Source of the DNA: Epiperipatus broadwayi
Lineage: Eukaryota > Animalia > Onychophora
DNA length: 64,000 nucleotides
Assembly: GCA_028023455.1 (NCBI GenBank)
Contig: JAQFVV010000009.1
Coordinates: 14,880,001 to 14,944,000 of the forward strand
Direction: 5' to 3'
The translations under genes were made by a program, and so were the position numbers. The notes below the pieces were generated by a model, which was given only the letters and a program-made list of their open reading frames with translations, made no database searches and had not been told where the DNA came from. Positions 1 to 12,135 of the stretch are shown here, one piece after another. Each line of letters begins with the position of its first letter. Within the stretch, counting starts at the first letter, position 1.

Positions 1-1352
1 GGGCAGCATGCATCCTGTAGCTGTGGGTTAAATACCTCTGTCCTAAAGCATTATTGTCCTTATAATTATTTGAATAACAGTCATGATATCCATATTTTTT
101 AAACTAATAAAAATCAAAAACCTAAAGTTTTATAATAATGATATTCAACTCATACATCACATCTTTAGACATAAGAAGTAAGAAACTATGACTGTTTATG
201 TGATTTCATAGAAACCAGTTGTGACAAGTAAAGATAAAAAATGATATTATAAAAGGTACATTTCAGTTAGCTTTTTACATCAAAATCTAAAATTCTATTA
301 ATAAATAATATATTTTTTCACTTTTATTATTAACATTTTTCTGTGATTCAAATCTCTAAATCTTATTTTTGTTCCCATCTTCTTTTTCATACTTACTTAT
401 AAAAAAGATTGCTTTTAAGAATGCATTTTCAGCCACAAATAATTTTTTTACTAATTTATCACTTATACGTTAATATTGAATATACATATCATTTCATTTC
501 TTATAGTCATTTTTCAGTAAATTATATGACCATATCAAAAAAAAACTACAATTTTTAATCAATCAATAAATTATAAATAAATTAAAATAATGGACAATTC
601 ATTGATATAGAACTTAATTTAATATCATCTAAACTATTTTCGTTCTAATGTAAATAAATTTTAAATTTAATGTGATAAATTTTTTAAATGGCATCTTGAG
701 AAGGTTCATATTAGAATGAAAATCTATTAGATGATATTAAATTAAGTTCTATATCAAAGAGTTGTCTATTATTTTGATTTATTTATAATTTATTGATTGA
801 TTAAGAGAATATATATATATATATATGAAAGATTAATAGAAACAATGAGATTAAAAATACTAACCCAGTCTAAAAAATGTGCAATGTTAAAAGGTAATAA
901 TTTCGGTATAATATGACTATAAAACAAAAACAAACAAAAAATAGTTTAAATTATAACATCAGTGCCTACAATTTATAAGGTCTATATATATCCTGTTATA
1001 GTTAGGTTTTTGCTTTATAATCAACACATTGACACTCAGTAGCCCGGATTATCTTGTAATATGAATAATAACCACATATCTATTTATTGATCAGTATCAA
1101 GTAGTTTATTGATTGGTTATCTAAAAAAATCCTAACATGATGGTAAATGCAATCAAATAAATGCATTTATCATTATACCATAAGATTTTTAATTAAAAGG
1201 TTATTATTGGGGGGGGGGTCGTTTCGCGGGTGTTGTGTTTATTAATAGCCAATCAGATCGTAAATACTGGGTCAAAGATTAACAAGGAGGGGGCCCCTTA
1301 CTCTTCTTTCTGTTTCCCAGGCCCATTTTAATTGAAATAAATCCCCAAAACA

Positions 1353-1475
1353 GAGGGGGGGGGAGAGGGGGGGGGGGGGGGGGGGAAGAAAGAGAGGAAG
1401 GGGGGGGGGGAGAGAAAGGGAGGGGAGGGGAGGGGGGGGGGGAGGGAGGGAAGGAGGGGGAGGGAGGGGGGGGGG

Positions 1476-1515
<40 letters not shown>

Positions 1516-1576
1516 AAGGGGGGGGGGGGGGGGGGGAGGGAAGGGGAGAAGAGAGAGGGGGGGGGGGGAGGGGGGG
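1353..1576. repeat. ~220-bp G-rich low-complexity tract (G runs interrupted by A)
   Basis: Seen directly. It accounts for the spurious polyproline ORF at 1272..1634. Confidence 0.95.
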
Positions 1577-2926
1577 TATTTAAATGATAGTAAAATATAT
1601 TTCTCAGTTTATTCCCACACTCACATACACACATATATTAATGTTTCCTGCAGTCAAACATACTTCTCTGTTCCCTTCTACTTTTAAACATGTTAATAGC
1701 TATATGCTCTTATAATAACCATTTATTTTAACATTAACATTAGAATAACGACTAAGAATAGTGATTGTTATTCCTTCCATGATTTGTAAAACAAAATTTC
1801 AATCAGAAAAAAAAAAAGAATGAAAAGTAGAAGAAATTATTCTAGAAAATTTGTCTGGAAAAAAAAAATGCTGTTAGAGTAGAAGTCATTTGGTCTTTTG
1901 TCTCTATAATTGGCTGAGAATGAGGAAACTATTCCTCTGAATGCTGATTTTACTGGAAATAAGAGTAAGAAAATGAAAGTTAATAATGAGTTAGTGACCA
2001 AGAGGAAAGCTTGTATTGATCTCTTAGTATTGTTAAGAAAGAAATTCAATAGAAAAAGAAATGAAAGATTTCATTTAACTTTAGGAAAAATAAATCAAAA
2101 TAGTATTAAGAAATAAACAGATATTCAAGAATATATACTTGTACTTTTATATAGGAGAATAATAGTAGTAATATATTTTTACATAGGAAAAAAAAAATTT
2201 TTATATTCTGTCTTTACTAAATTGTAATATTTATAATGTTTTTTAAATATTGAGAACCAAGATAGATTGTTAAAGGGACAGATTGGTCATCATTAAAAAA
2301 TTACAGTTAATTATGATAAAGTGTATTATCTCTATACTCTAATGTTCTGGTATTTAATTATATCAACTAAACTGTTTTGGGGCAATATTAACTTAATATA
2401 AATATATTGAAACTATGACTCTATAAATCATTATTACTACTACTGTACTTCAAACTCATGTTAGAAATATTTCAAAAGATAAATCAGTAAATCATAAGCT
2501 TTAATTTAATCAGGTTTGTTCAATTAAGCTGAGACACAATTTTTTCAATAATTTCTAATCTAATAAAGAATGATTAATTTACTGAAAGATAATTGTTATA
2601 AATGAGTATTAACTAAAAGTATAACAATTGTACACTAAGTTATATTTTACATATATTTTACAAACTATATTGGATAGAAATAATAAATTCTTTATCAATT
2701 CAAATATTTGAACACTTCCAAATATTTGTTGTACTATAATTATTTTTTTTATAAAAGAACATAAGAACATTCAATGATCTATTAGAACAAAATTACCATT
2801 TTCTACTTTAAAATGTATAAATATCTTAAATATTATGATGGATGTATACCAAAAATAGTAAAAATTAAATACTACCTAACACTACTACCCTAAATAATTA
2901 TAAATAAAACAGAAATTCATATAACA

Positions 2927-3905
2927 TTACAATACTAGCCAAAAACAATTTCACTAAAAGTTTTCCACCACAATCATGGTTTTATGTACTAACAAATAGA
3001 TCTTGTCAAGTGATATTCTACTAAATATACAACATATATATTTTGTTTTGTGTGTATATATATATATAACGAAACTTAAATATATTCCAAACAACGGTAA
3101 ACAGTTTATAATACAATATAAATAAAAACTCATAAAGAAATATTTCTGATTATATTCATAATCATCTTCAACTCAACTTTCAAAATGGAATCATCTATTA
3201 CCAACCGGAAACACATGTCAATTTAAATATCCCAAAATTCATTAATCCTAACATTTGCTGACTGTCTGTTTATTATTGTATTTTTATACCTACTAATAAA
3301 AACTGCCTCTTTAATTTTTCTTTTTTCATTATCTCTCTCTTGGACTAAAATTTTTATTTTATTTATATCAAAATTAAACTTAAAATTACAATTTTTATCA
3401 TGATCATAAAAAACAGATTCAGTCAAGTTATATACTGAATCTGTTTTTTATGATTATGATAGAAATTTTAAGTTTAATTTTGATATAAATAAAATAAAAA
3501 TTTTAGGCCAAGAGAGAGATAATGAAAAAAGAAAAATTAAAGAGGCAGTTTTTATTAGTAGGTATAAAAATACGATAATAAATTAGACAGTCAGCAAATG
3601 TTAGGATTAATGAATTGTGGGATATTTAAATCGACATGTGTTTCCAGTTGGTAATAGATGATTCCATTTTGAAAGTTGAGTTGAAAATGATTATGAATAT
3701 AATCGAAAATATTTCTTTATGAGTTTTTATTTATATTGTATTATAAATTGTTTACAGTTGTTTGGAATATATTTAAGTTTCGTTATTGTATTATATATAT
3801 ATTGTATATTTAGTTGAATATCACTTGAAAAGATCTATTTGTAATAGATGAAACCATGGTTGTGGAAGAATTTTAATGAAATTTTGTTTTTGGCTAGTAT
3901 TGTAA
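2927..3905. mobile_element. Penelope-like element 3' end present as a ~980-bp inverted duplication (foldback; GIY-YIG C-terminus plus pLTR-like tail)
   Basis: Arms 2927-3423 and 3434-3905 are reverse complements around a 10-nt loop (caagttatat). Each arm encodes ...FKFNFDINKIKIL(G/V)QERDNEKRKIKEAVFISRYKNTIIN, resembling the PLE GIY-YIG C-terminal F.F....IL..E.....R...E...I....N pattern, followed by a hammerhead-like motif. Confidence 0.8.
3820..3865 (+). ncRNA. Minimal type-I hammerhead-ribozyme-like motif (U3-A8 variant; C11.1 missing)
   Basis: tcac | ttgaaaa | g atctatt tgt aatagat | gaaa | ccatgg tt | gtgg. Helix I is tcac/gtgg, helix II has 7 bp, and helix III is the palindrome ACCATGGT. 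A more degraded mirror copy lies on the - strand at ~2955-3003. Confidence 0.6.
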
Positions 3906-4567
3906 CTAAAAATAATGTACACTATTCCAATATATTTTATTGTAGAATAAAAAATTCAAATCATTGTAAATGAATTGCAAGCATGAGTAAAAATAATAGA
4001 AACTAAAATTGGATTTTTATTATTAAAAGTGAATTATTGATTTAAATTGTTATTCTCTAAAATTGTAATTATTACTTAATTATTTAAGATTTTACTATTC
4101 ATATAATTGTTTAAACAATGTATTTTTACACAAGTTTTTATTTATCACAATTAATTATGATAACAGAGGCCAAATTTCTATAGGAATCATCTTTAATAAT
4201 ATTTTTATTGGAGCCATAATATGATAAAACTATAACATCTACTTTTATATGTTGAATCTTTTATACAATTAAGCAATGTATGAGTATTAATAATTTAATG
4301 TATTGAAAAATCTATGCAAGATGGATGAATAAAATAAAGAAGTTTTTTGATGTGATTTGGAGAAGAGATTATAAGATGAAAGAAACTGAATTAAAAACTA
4401 GAAGAGGACTTCATCTTGCAATGGATTGATAACAGTTAAAAATTACATATTTAAAAAAAAAAAAATTGAATTAAATTAAAGTAATAATAAATATAAATTA
4501 TTAATTTAAAAAACTTTATTTAAAATTATAGTAATATATCAAATTTAAGCATAAACTGATAATATTA

Positions 4568-4822
4568 TAATAATGTGAAAGTTAAACACCTTCAAACAGA
4601 TACGCTTTAAACATGCTTATGTGACAGACAATCAGATGGAATAATGACATCACATGGGAATCTCAATTCTAAAACACAAGCCAGAACCATCTTTTTCTAA
4701 TAGTTCTAGCTTGTGTTTCAGAACTGAGAGTCCCATGTGATGTCATTATTCTATCTGATTGGCTGTCACGTAAGCATGTTTAAAGCGTATCTGTTTGAAG
4801 GTGTTTAGCTTTCACGTTATTA
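4568..4822. mobile_element. 255-bp palindromic MITE (arms cover almost the whole element)
   Basis: taataatgtgaaagttaaacaccttcaaacagatacg... pairs with ...cgtatctgtttgaaggtgtttagctttcacgttatta. A second partial copy is at ~51992-52130. Confidence 0.85.
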
Positions 4823-5195
4823 TTAAAATTATAGTATATCTATCTTCACCAAAAATGAAACAAATATGATTTTGTTCACCTAATTTTTAAAATAAAACTG
4901 GCTTTTAACAATTTTACTTTATATTCAAATTTAAATGCACAATTAGAAAATTCTTTTTAAATATATACATATTACTAATTGCAATTTTATAGCCAAATTT
5001 CAAATTCTACTTAAAGTATGAATCTTTTTTTTCTTAGAAAAAAATTTTAAAACAATTTTACATTCAAATTTGAAAGTATGTTTAGAAAGAGAATCATTTT
5101 CTTTTACATAATTAAGGCACTGTGTGTGATTTTTCAAATTACCATATAAAAGCTAATATAGATTTTAGAGAAAAAATATAGTTAGTAATAAATTT

Positions 5196-5236
5196 GGCTG
5201 AACGTTTTCGAGGAACCGTGCCTCATACTCATAGCC
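5196..5236 (-). ncRNA. Hammerhead-like motif (A3-U8 variant, one extra base in helix II)
   Basis: Minus strand reads ggct | atgagta | t gagg cacggtt cctc | gaaa acgt tc | agcc. Helix I is ggct/agcc, helix II is gagg/cctc, and helix III is the palindrome AACGTT. Confidence 0.45.
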
Positions 5237-6131
5237 TTAATTTTCATTTTTATAGATTAATGTGGGTTTCTTTGAGGCAGTTTTTATCTTGTAACAATTA
5301 GAAATTTGTTTTGAAGTATAATTGTCAACCCAATCAAAAATTTATTTTACTCATATTTTTTAAATCTAGATTTTAAATGTAGTTTTTACTTTTAGTTGGT
5401 TACTATTTCTTAGATACATCCTAGTTGTGATATCAGTTATCAAACTGTATTTTCAAATATGATTTGTTATTTCTATACTTTTAAATTTTACATTTAAGCT
5501 GTGAACTCATGTTTTTTTTTAAAATAATGTTTACTGTAATTATAAAAAATGCATTATAAATATGATGTGATAATATTGAAAATAACCATTATAATTTTAA
5601 ATTACTCTTTCATTTTTTGTGTTATATATTTTCTAAACTTCTGATTTGTGAAAGCTGTGAAAAAAACAATTATTCTATGATAAACATATTTAATAAAACT
5701 GGACTTGTTTGTTTCTTTAAATGCCATTTTTAAAACCTGCTAAAGCTTTTACAGATTTAAATATAAAAGCTTTTTAAATATAAATGTATTCAGCCATAAC
5801 TAATGATTGAAAGTTAACAATTTCTTCTTACAACAAATTAATGCAAATTTTGAAATTGTTTTATTTTATATAAAAATATTCAAAGTTTGTAATGAAAATG
5901 ACATAAAAATGACACTCTCTGACACTGAAAAATATATAGTAAATGATATACTCATCTGCCATGCTAAAGACAAAGGTTTCAATACAGATGAAACTTAAAT
6001 TTTTAGGTTTAAGAAAACCTTCTAATCAAACTTAAGATTAAAGAATGTACAAAAGCTCTAACAAGCTTTATTGATAAATGCTGACAAGAGAAAGCATTAA
6101 AAAAAAATCTCTATCTAGAAATTATCCCTAT

Positions 6132-6172
6132 CCTTAGACTGGTTTCATGCTTTTGGTATTACTCAGTGAGGT
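6132..6172 (-). ncRNA. Degenerate hammerhead-like motif, same family as 33699-33833
   Basis: Minus strand reads cctca | ctgagta | atacc aaaa gcat | gaaa ccag tc | taagg. Confidence 0.45.
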
Positions 6173-9100
6173 CGAGAATATTTCAGACACCAGATCCAAA
6201 ATACCAACTCAAAGCAGCAGCTTATTAAATTAAGTCATATGGCGCATGACTTATTTTTAGCTAAAAAAACCTAATATTGTTTTAGTTTGCCTTCCATTTC
6301 CAAACTCAGTTACCTCTCCAGTTATTGATTGGGAAATGTATACTTAGCAATTTTTAGATAAACAATAATACAAGAAAGAGAAATCATAAAAACTTCTACA
6401 TATTTTTCTTTATTGTTACTCAGTGGCGAGTTACGAAAAGTCTCTGTTCTGCAATGCATTGTTTAAGACTGTTTACCACTTACTTATAATAGATCACATG
6501 CAATTGATTTCCCCCCCTTTTTTTAATTTATTCATTAAACTTTTCAATAAACCTACATGATAAATTCAAAGAATTAAAATTTTAAATGCAAAAAGAATTT
6601 TGTTTTTATTTCTAATGTTATTATTTTTTAGCATTAGAAAAAACAACATTATGAATAAAAATATCATTTAAGTTGTCAAATAATTTAACAATTAATTAAA
6701 GGATATAAAATTTGGGAATTTGATTAAAATGTAATGTTTAAATTTTATTTAAAATAAATGAATGCATTGCAGATCCCCCCCCCCCCCATAATTTACCACT
6801 GATATCTATTAAATGTATATGTAGAGTTTTGTTAAATTGGCTTGGGTAAAGTTGTTTAGTGCAATATTTAATATGATTTTATTAAAGGTGAAAAAAAACA
6901 TCGAATCTTTTAATATATAACTTTTTCATTACTGTTTTAAAAAAATATTTTGAATTCATTTAAAATTAATATAAAAAATGGAAGCATATTCTTATAGCGA
7001 TTCAGGAGGATACTGTAGCATCATATACATTCTATGTATGTACTTCTTGTACAATATATTTACATATACACACGCATATATGTACATATATATTAAATTC
7101 TTGAATATGGCTAGTAAATTCTAAAATATTAATTTAATAAGGCATACTTTTATAGAATATAGTTTCATATATTTTTCAAAAAAAATCAAACGTCAATTAT
7201 AATGATTTATTAATAGCTGCTATATTTTTTTTATATTTACCATTAGCAAACACTCGCTAATGATTATAGCCATTCTAATTCCTAAAAAAAAAAAGATAGA
7301 TAAACAAAGAAAAAAATTTAAAAAAAATGTAATCAGAAATGTTATACATATAATTAAAGCTTGGAAAGGTCATTCCACAAATATGTAATCATATCTGTCA
7401 CATTCTATGTAAAAAAAATTACCAATGGCATGATAAGTTAATAGTTACTATGTGCTATACTAATCCAAATGACTGAAAGCAGTAAAATAAAATAAAAAAG
7501 AATAAAATTGAACAAAGAGAAAAAAATAGAAATGACTGTTCATGTTGAAAACAATATTTATATTTTTATGATTAAATATTTTATCTTACTAAGTAGCAGA
7601 TGCTTGATTAGGCACTGCTTATTGCGTAATCAATTAAAACTCATATCTTAAAGTTATTTAATTATTGACTACTCACAGATGCAGTCAGCAGTTGAATTCT
7701 ACACTCTCTATATATAATAGTGTTAATTAATTTTCACTTCATTTTTACTTGTAATAACTTGTATATTATTCATCTTTATCAGTTTTGTGTTTGGCTTAGT
7801 GCACTGTCAGTACTGAGCAGCATACTAAACACACTTTTATCAGACATACTAACATCATATGTGAAGTTATTATATATATGTGTGTGTGTTATAGATTCAT
7901 CCATGTCTAATTAACAGTAATAATATACTGATATTCCAGCTGGATTATTCCCGATATTGTTTAGAAAATATTTTAAAAACATTGTAGAGGCACTGCCTAA
8001 ATATATCATAAATTCATTCAACAAAAATAACTTTAAAATTACAATAGGAAGAGATGATAATATAAATGTATAATATGGTATAAAATAACAATAGTTTTAA
8101 TTAAAAAGGTTTAACAAAATTTTCCTAATATACAGTATGGTGTTTTAAGAATTTCTGCAAACTTTGGTTTGTTTTTGTGATGATTACCACATCTGAATAA
8201 AATCATAGTGTTAGAAAAATCTGTATTGTATCAATATCTATAACATGAAGGAAGAGTACTAATGATGATGAGTAATTCTCTCTTAGCACTGGTGTAATGA
8301 TTATTTGTACCAATACAAGAAACTCCCAAAATTCCATATGGGATCTAGGCCATAAACAAGATCCAGTCCTTAGGTTGAAATAGAATGTCACTATTAATTT
8401 TTTTAAAATTAAAAATATATGTAGAGTTTGTGTTATGGTATTTCAAAAATATTTTCAATACTCTCAGTATTCTCTCTTGTTTTTTTTTTTATCATTGTTT
8501 TTGGGTCTGAGCTAAAGTTTTATTTAAGATTCTTTTATTGTAACATTAGCTACTGAGATATCATTTATATAACATATCTTTCTCTAAGCTGGATTTATCT
8601 GCAAGATTAACTATTTTTGTGGAGAGTTTTTGCTGTGAAAAATGTTGAGTTGATCTTAAATATCTAACTCTGTATATTTCTGAAAATGGTAAATTGCTAT
8701 TTAAAAAAATCATTCAAGAAAGAAAGAAAAATATATAGTTTATCTTTATTATTTTATCAGTTCAGAAACGTGTCATCTAAATATCAGAACTTGATAGATA
8801 ATTTAAAAGGCATTGATTTTAAAGCACCATAAACAAATCAGCTAGCTCTTCAAAAATGAGAGAAACTATTAAAAAACCAAACATTTATTTATAATATTGT
8901 CCATTGTCTGCATTTATCTCATAAAATAATTATGATAGCAGGAACAAAAGTTATTATTAATATCACCTTTTGACAAAAAAATAAATAAGAAAAAGTTTTC
9001 CTAGAGAAGTCTTCTACATTTTAAAAATTCGATGGATTATAAAATATATATAAAATGGATATCCATATACATCTTATAGTGACTTTTATTCCCATTTTAG

Positions 9101-9429
9101 CTAAGTATGTGGTGTAGAATTTAATATAATCTGCATTCTGTCTTTAAAATTATGTATAAAAAAACTGCATACATTTTCTTTCTAAATTAAAAAATTTATA
9201 AGATTGGAATAACTAATATATTGTTCAGTTTAAATGTTAATTTTTTTTATAAATATTTCAATCATGAAGTTTTAAATATAGTAACAAATTCTCATAATCT
9301 GCCAAACTATAGATTGCCTTAAATTAACTGTGACATGATAAGCAAATGTTTGATATTCTGATTGATTCATGATCTCTGAAATGTTAACTGATTTACTTAT
9401 GGAGAGTATAGAAATATGTTTATGAAATT

Positions 9430-9850
9430 GGCATTTTTGACACCATCTATCTGCCTCAGATATATAGAAATTGCATTTCTGGTCTGACAACAAAGGAAAA
9501 ATATAAGGCTTTCCCCCCACATATAAACAGTATCAATCCTTATATTAAATTTAATGAAAATGGAGACTTATGGGAATTTTTTCTTCCTTAATGTGCTCAT
9601 CATCAAACAACACTAATCTATTGTCATTTAAAATTTCAGAAAAAACACTCACAAATAGATATTTAAAATTATCATCTAATGTCACAACTCAGCTATACTT
9701 TTTCAGCAACAAAAATCTTTTAAGAGAAAAAAACTGTATATTGTACAAAATAGTTACAGCCATTCAGTTGCTTTCTATATGTATGGAATCCCCTGAAAAT
9801 AATAGTATGAAACCATTTAATTGTGAGAATATTAAGATGTAATGCATATA
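9430..9850 (+). pseudogene. Degraded Penelope-like reverse transcriptase fragment (C-terminal RT/thumb region)
   Basis: Frameshifted pieces HINSINPYIKF..., FLNVLIIK and LSFKISEKTLTNRYLKLSSN resemble the PLE RT motifs LNS.HP.IKFT / LPFLDVLI / VYRKPTHTNRYL.FSSNHP. Confidence 0.7.
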
Positions 9851-12055
9851 CATGGCTTTACATTAGATGCAAAAATAAGACATTATAAAAAATAATTATT
9901 TGATGATAATGATCAAATAATCCCTCCTTCTTATACATCAAAAAATTAACATCTAATGCATTAGTTTTGTGCAAGCATATATGAAAAGTCAAGGTTAAAG
10001 TATTCTTGTAACTATATCCATATCTTTAAAGAGAAAAAATATTTATATTGTAAATTACCGGCTACTTTCTAAACATTGAAATTAATTCATAACATGCACA
10101 TACTTACATTCCTTACAATCAGATTATAGAACTCACTATGAACAATTAATCCTTTCAACTTAAAATAAAAGTTCAATACGTTAATCACTTGTGACATAAA
10201 TATACAGAAGGAATATTAAATCAAGAACAGGGGGTTAAGACTGTAATTTGAATAATAAAAAATAATTAATTAATAAACAAATGTGTAATATGTATGCCTA
10301 TATACACATATATAGTTAATTGAATGAAATACTTTTATTGATTGAGAGATTTTTCAGAATTTTAAAATATTATTTTACCAAATATATATCTGTGCATTAT
10401 ATTTAATTCACATTCAATTTATTAAAAATAATCAAAATTAAATAATTTAAAAAGGAAAAACTATTTAAAAAATGTAAATACATACTTAATATAACAAAGA
10501 TTTTTGTTTGTCAATATTCTAGAGATTTTTATAATTTTCTGATTTGGTTTTTGTTTTAACTTAATATTATTCTTTTTCTTCTAATAAAGTTAATAGTTGG
10601 AAGTGTGAATGATTTCTAGTACACTTATAAGTGAGTTCCAAATTTTCTTCTCGCAATTCGGGCAAAATAAATTCTCTTGGTTTTGATATTATTAATTATA
10701 AAACAGTTTTCTATAATTTGTCAATAGAAACTTACACACTAGTAACCTTCTAGAAATTACTTGAGTGTACAGTTTTGAGGATGATTCAAGTATGACTAGT
10801 CTATTATCATTGCTAAAAAGTGGGCTATATTCCACTAGTCTCAAATACTGTGATTCTTTTCCTCTATCAATATTAGTCTGAACTAGTACACTATCAGTAT
10901 AAAGTTAATAGTGCAAATTCTGGTAAAACCTTAGTTTTTCAGAAAATGTTCATGCGTAATGTGCATTATATAATGGCTAATTTCAAAAACAAATACATAG
11001 GATTAATGGCTTGTTATAGAAACAACGACTTGACATGATTTTCTAATTTGCATTCTGAAAATTTGGTAAACATAATTAATTAACTCTTTATTAAAGGCTT
11101 TCCTTTTCTAACAACGTCCACATTTAAAAAAAGATACTTTTATATAACAAAACTACATCTTCAATTCCAATACTGCCACCTAATATAAATCATGTAATTA
11201 ATAGATACCATGTGGTAATACTTAAAAAATTATAACAAGTACTATCTTATCCATATTCCAAAACTAATTTCAATCATATGAATCTTTTTGGATATGAATC
11301 TTGTGCATCTGGACTATTTTCCATATAATTTATCTTCCTTTCAGCAATCAACTTTTACTTTTTTTACTACTAAGTTACCAGTCTAAAATTTGAAAACTAT
11401 CTTAATGCTTTGAATCTAATCATTTTTTTCTTTTTTATTTACTATTAAGCTACTAATCTGAAATTTAAAAACCATATTAATATTTGATTATAAGTCAACT
11501 TACTTGTCTTGTTATGCAAATCTTTAAGCAGATCAGCATTTATATATTTTGATACCCTCAGTTTTTTAATAATGGTAGATACCTACATTAATTAACCAGG
11601 AATATAACTGTCTACTATTACAGTCAGAAGTGGAATAAAATAAATAGATTTGCTACATAAAAATATTGAATAATCTGGGATTACATAATGATTTGGTGAC
11701 ATGCTTTATAGAAAATTAATTAAAGAAAATTGTAAAATCAATTTTTAAATATATAAAAAATTTGAAAACAATATTTAAAAAAATAAAGATTAAAAAAAAC
11801 TTAGTATTTGCCTGAAGGTTTATAATGATGGTATATTAGATGTGATATTATGTTGGATTATTTCCATCATCTATTATTAAATGTTGAATGTATAGAAAAT
11901 TTTAAACTTTTCAAATATAACCAATTTGTTAGTAATAACATTCAAATAGACAACTCAAGTTAGTAATTACACAGCTTTTCAAGTAGTAGTATACTCAACT
12001 CTTCTTCAGGTTTTACTGGCCAGATGTTGCTGTCCTGATCAGTGATTATTATTAG

Positions 12056-12135
12056 CATAGGGTTTGAACTCACAGTTTTAGATTCTAGAATATCAAATTT
12101 TAAGTCAATGCTCTAACCAACTGAGTTAATCTGTC
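12056..12135 (-). repeat. tRNA-derived SINE head or tRNA pseudogene
   Basis: Minus strand gacagattaactcagttggttagagcattgactt...gtgagttcaaaccc has A-box- and B-box-like segments. The acceptor stem does not pair. Confidence 0.55.

Noticed and set aside
1272-1634. 120-aa polyproline (formin/extensin-like) ORF
   Set aside because: It is just the translation of the G tract; there is no flanking domain.
1837-2116. ORFs 1837..2049 and 1910..2116 as genes
   Set aside because: Low complexity. A nearby FWSFV-like remnant suggests at most a decayed LINE linker; too weak to annotate.
6421-6801. CAGTGG...CCACTG-bounded hAT-like MITE
   Set aside because: Only a 6-bp terminal match and no 8-bp TSD; plausible but unsupported.
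10620-11300. Possible integrase/transposase remnant (C..C..RK)
   Set aside because: No continuous DDE motifs could be reconstructed.
11965-12012. Minus-strand CTGAAGA...GAAA as a hammerhead
   Set aside because: Helix II does not pair at its base and there is no UH cleavage triplet or helix III.
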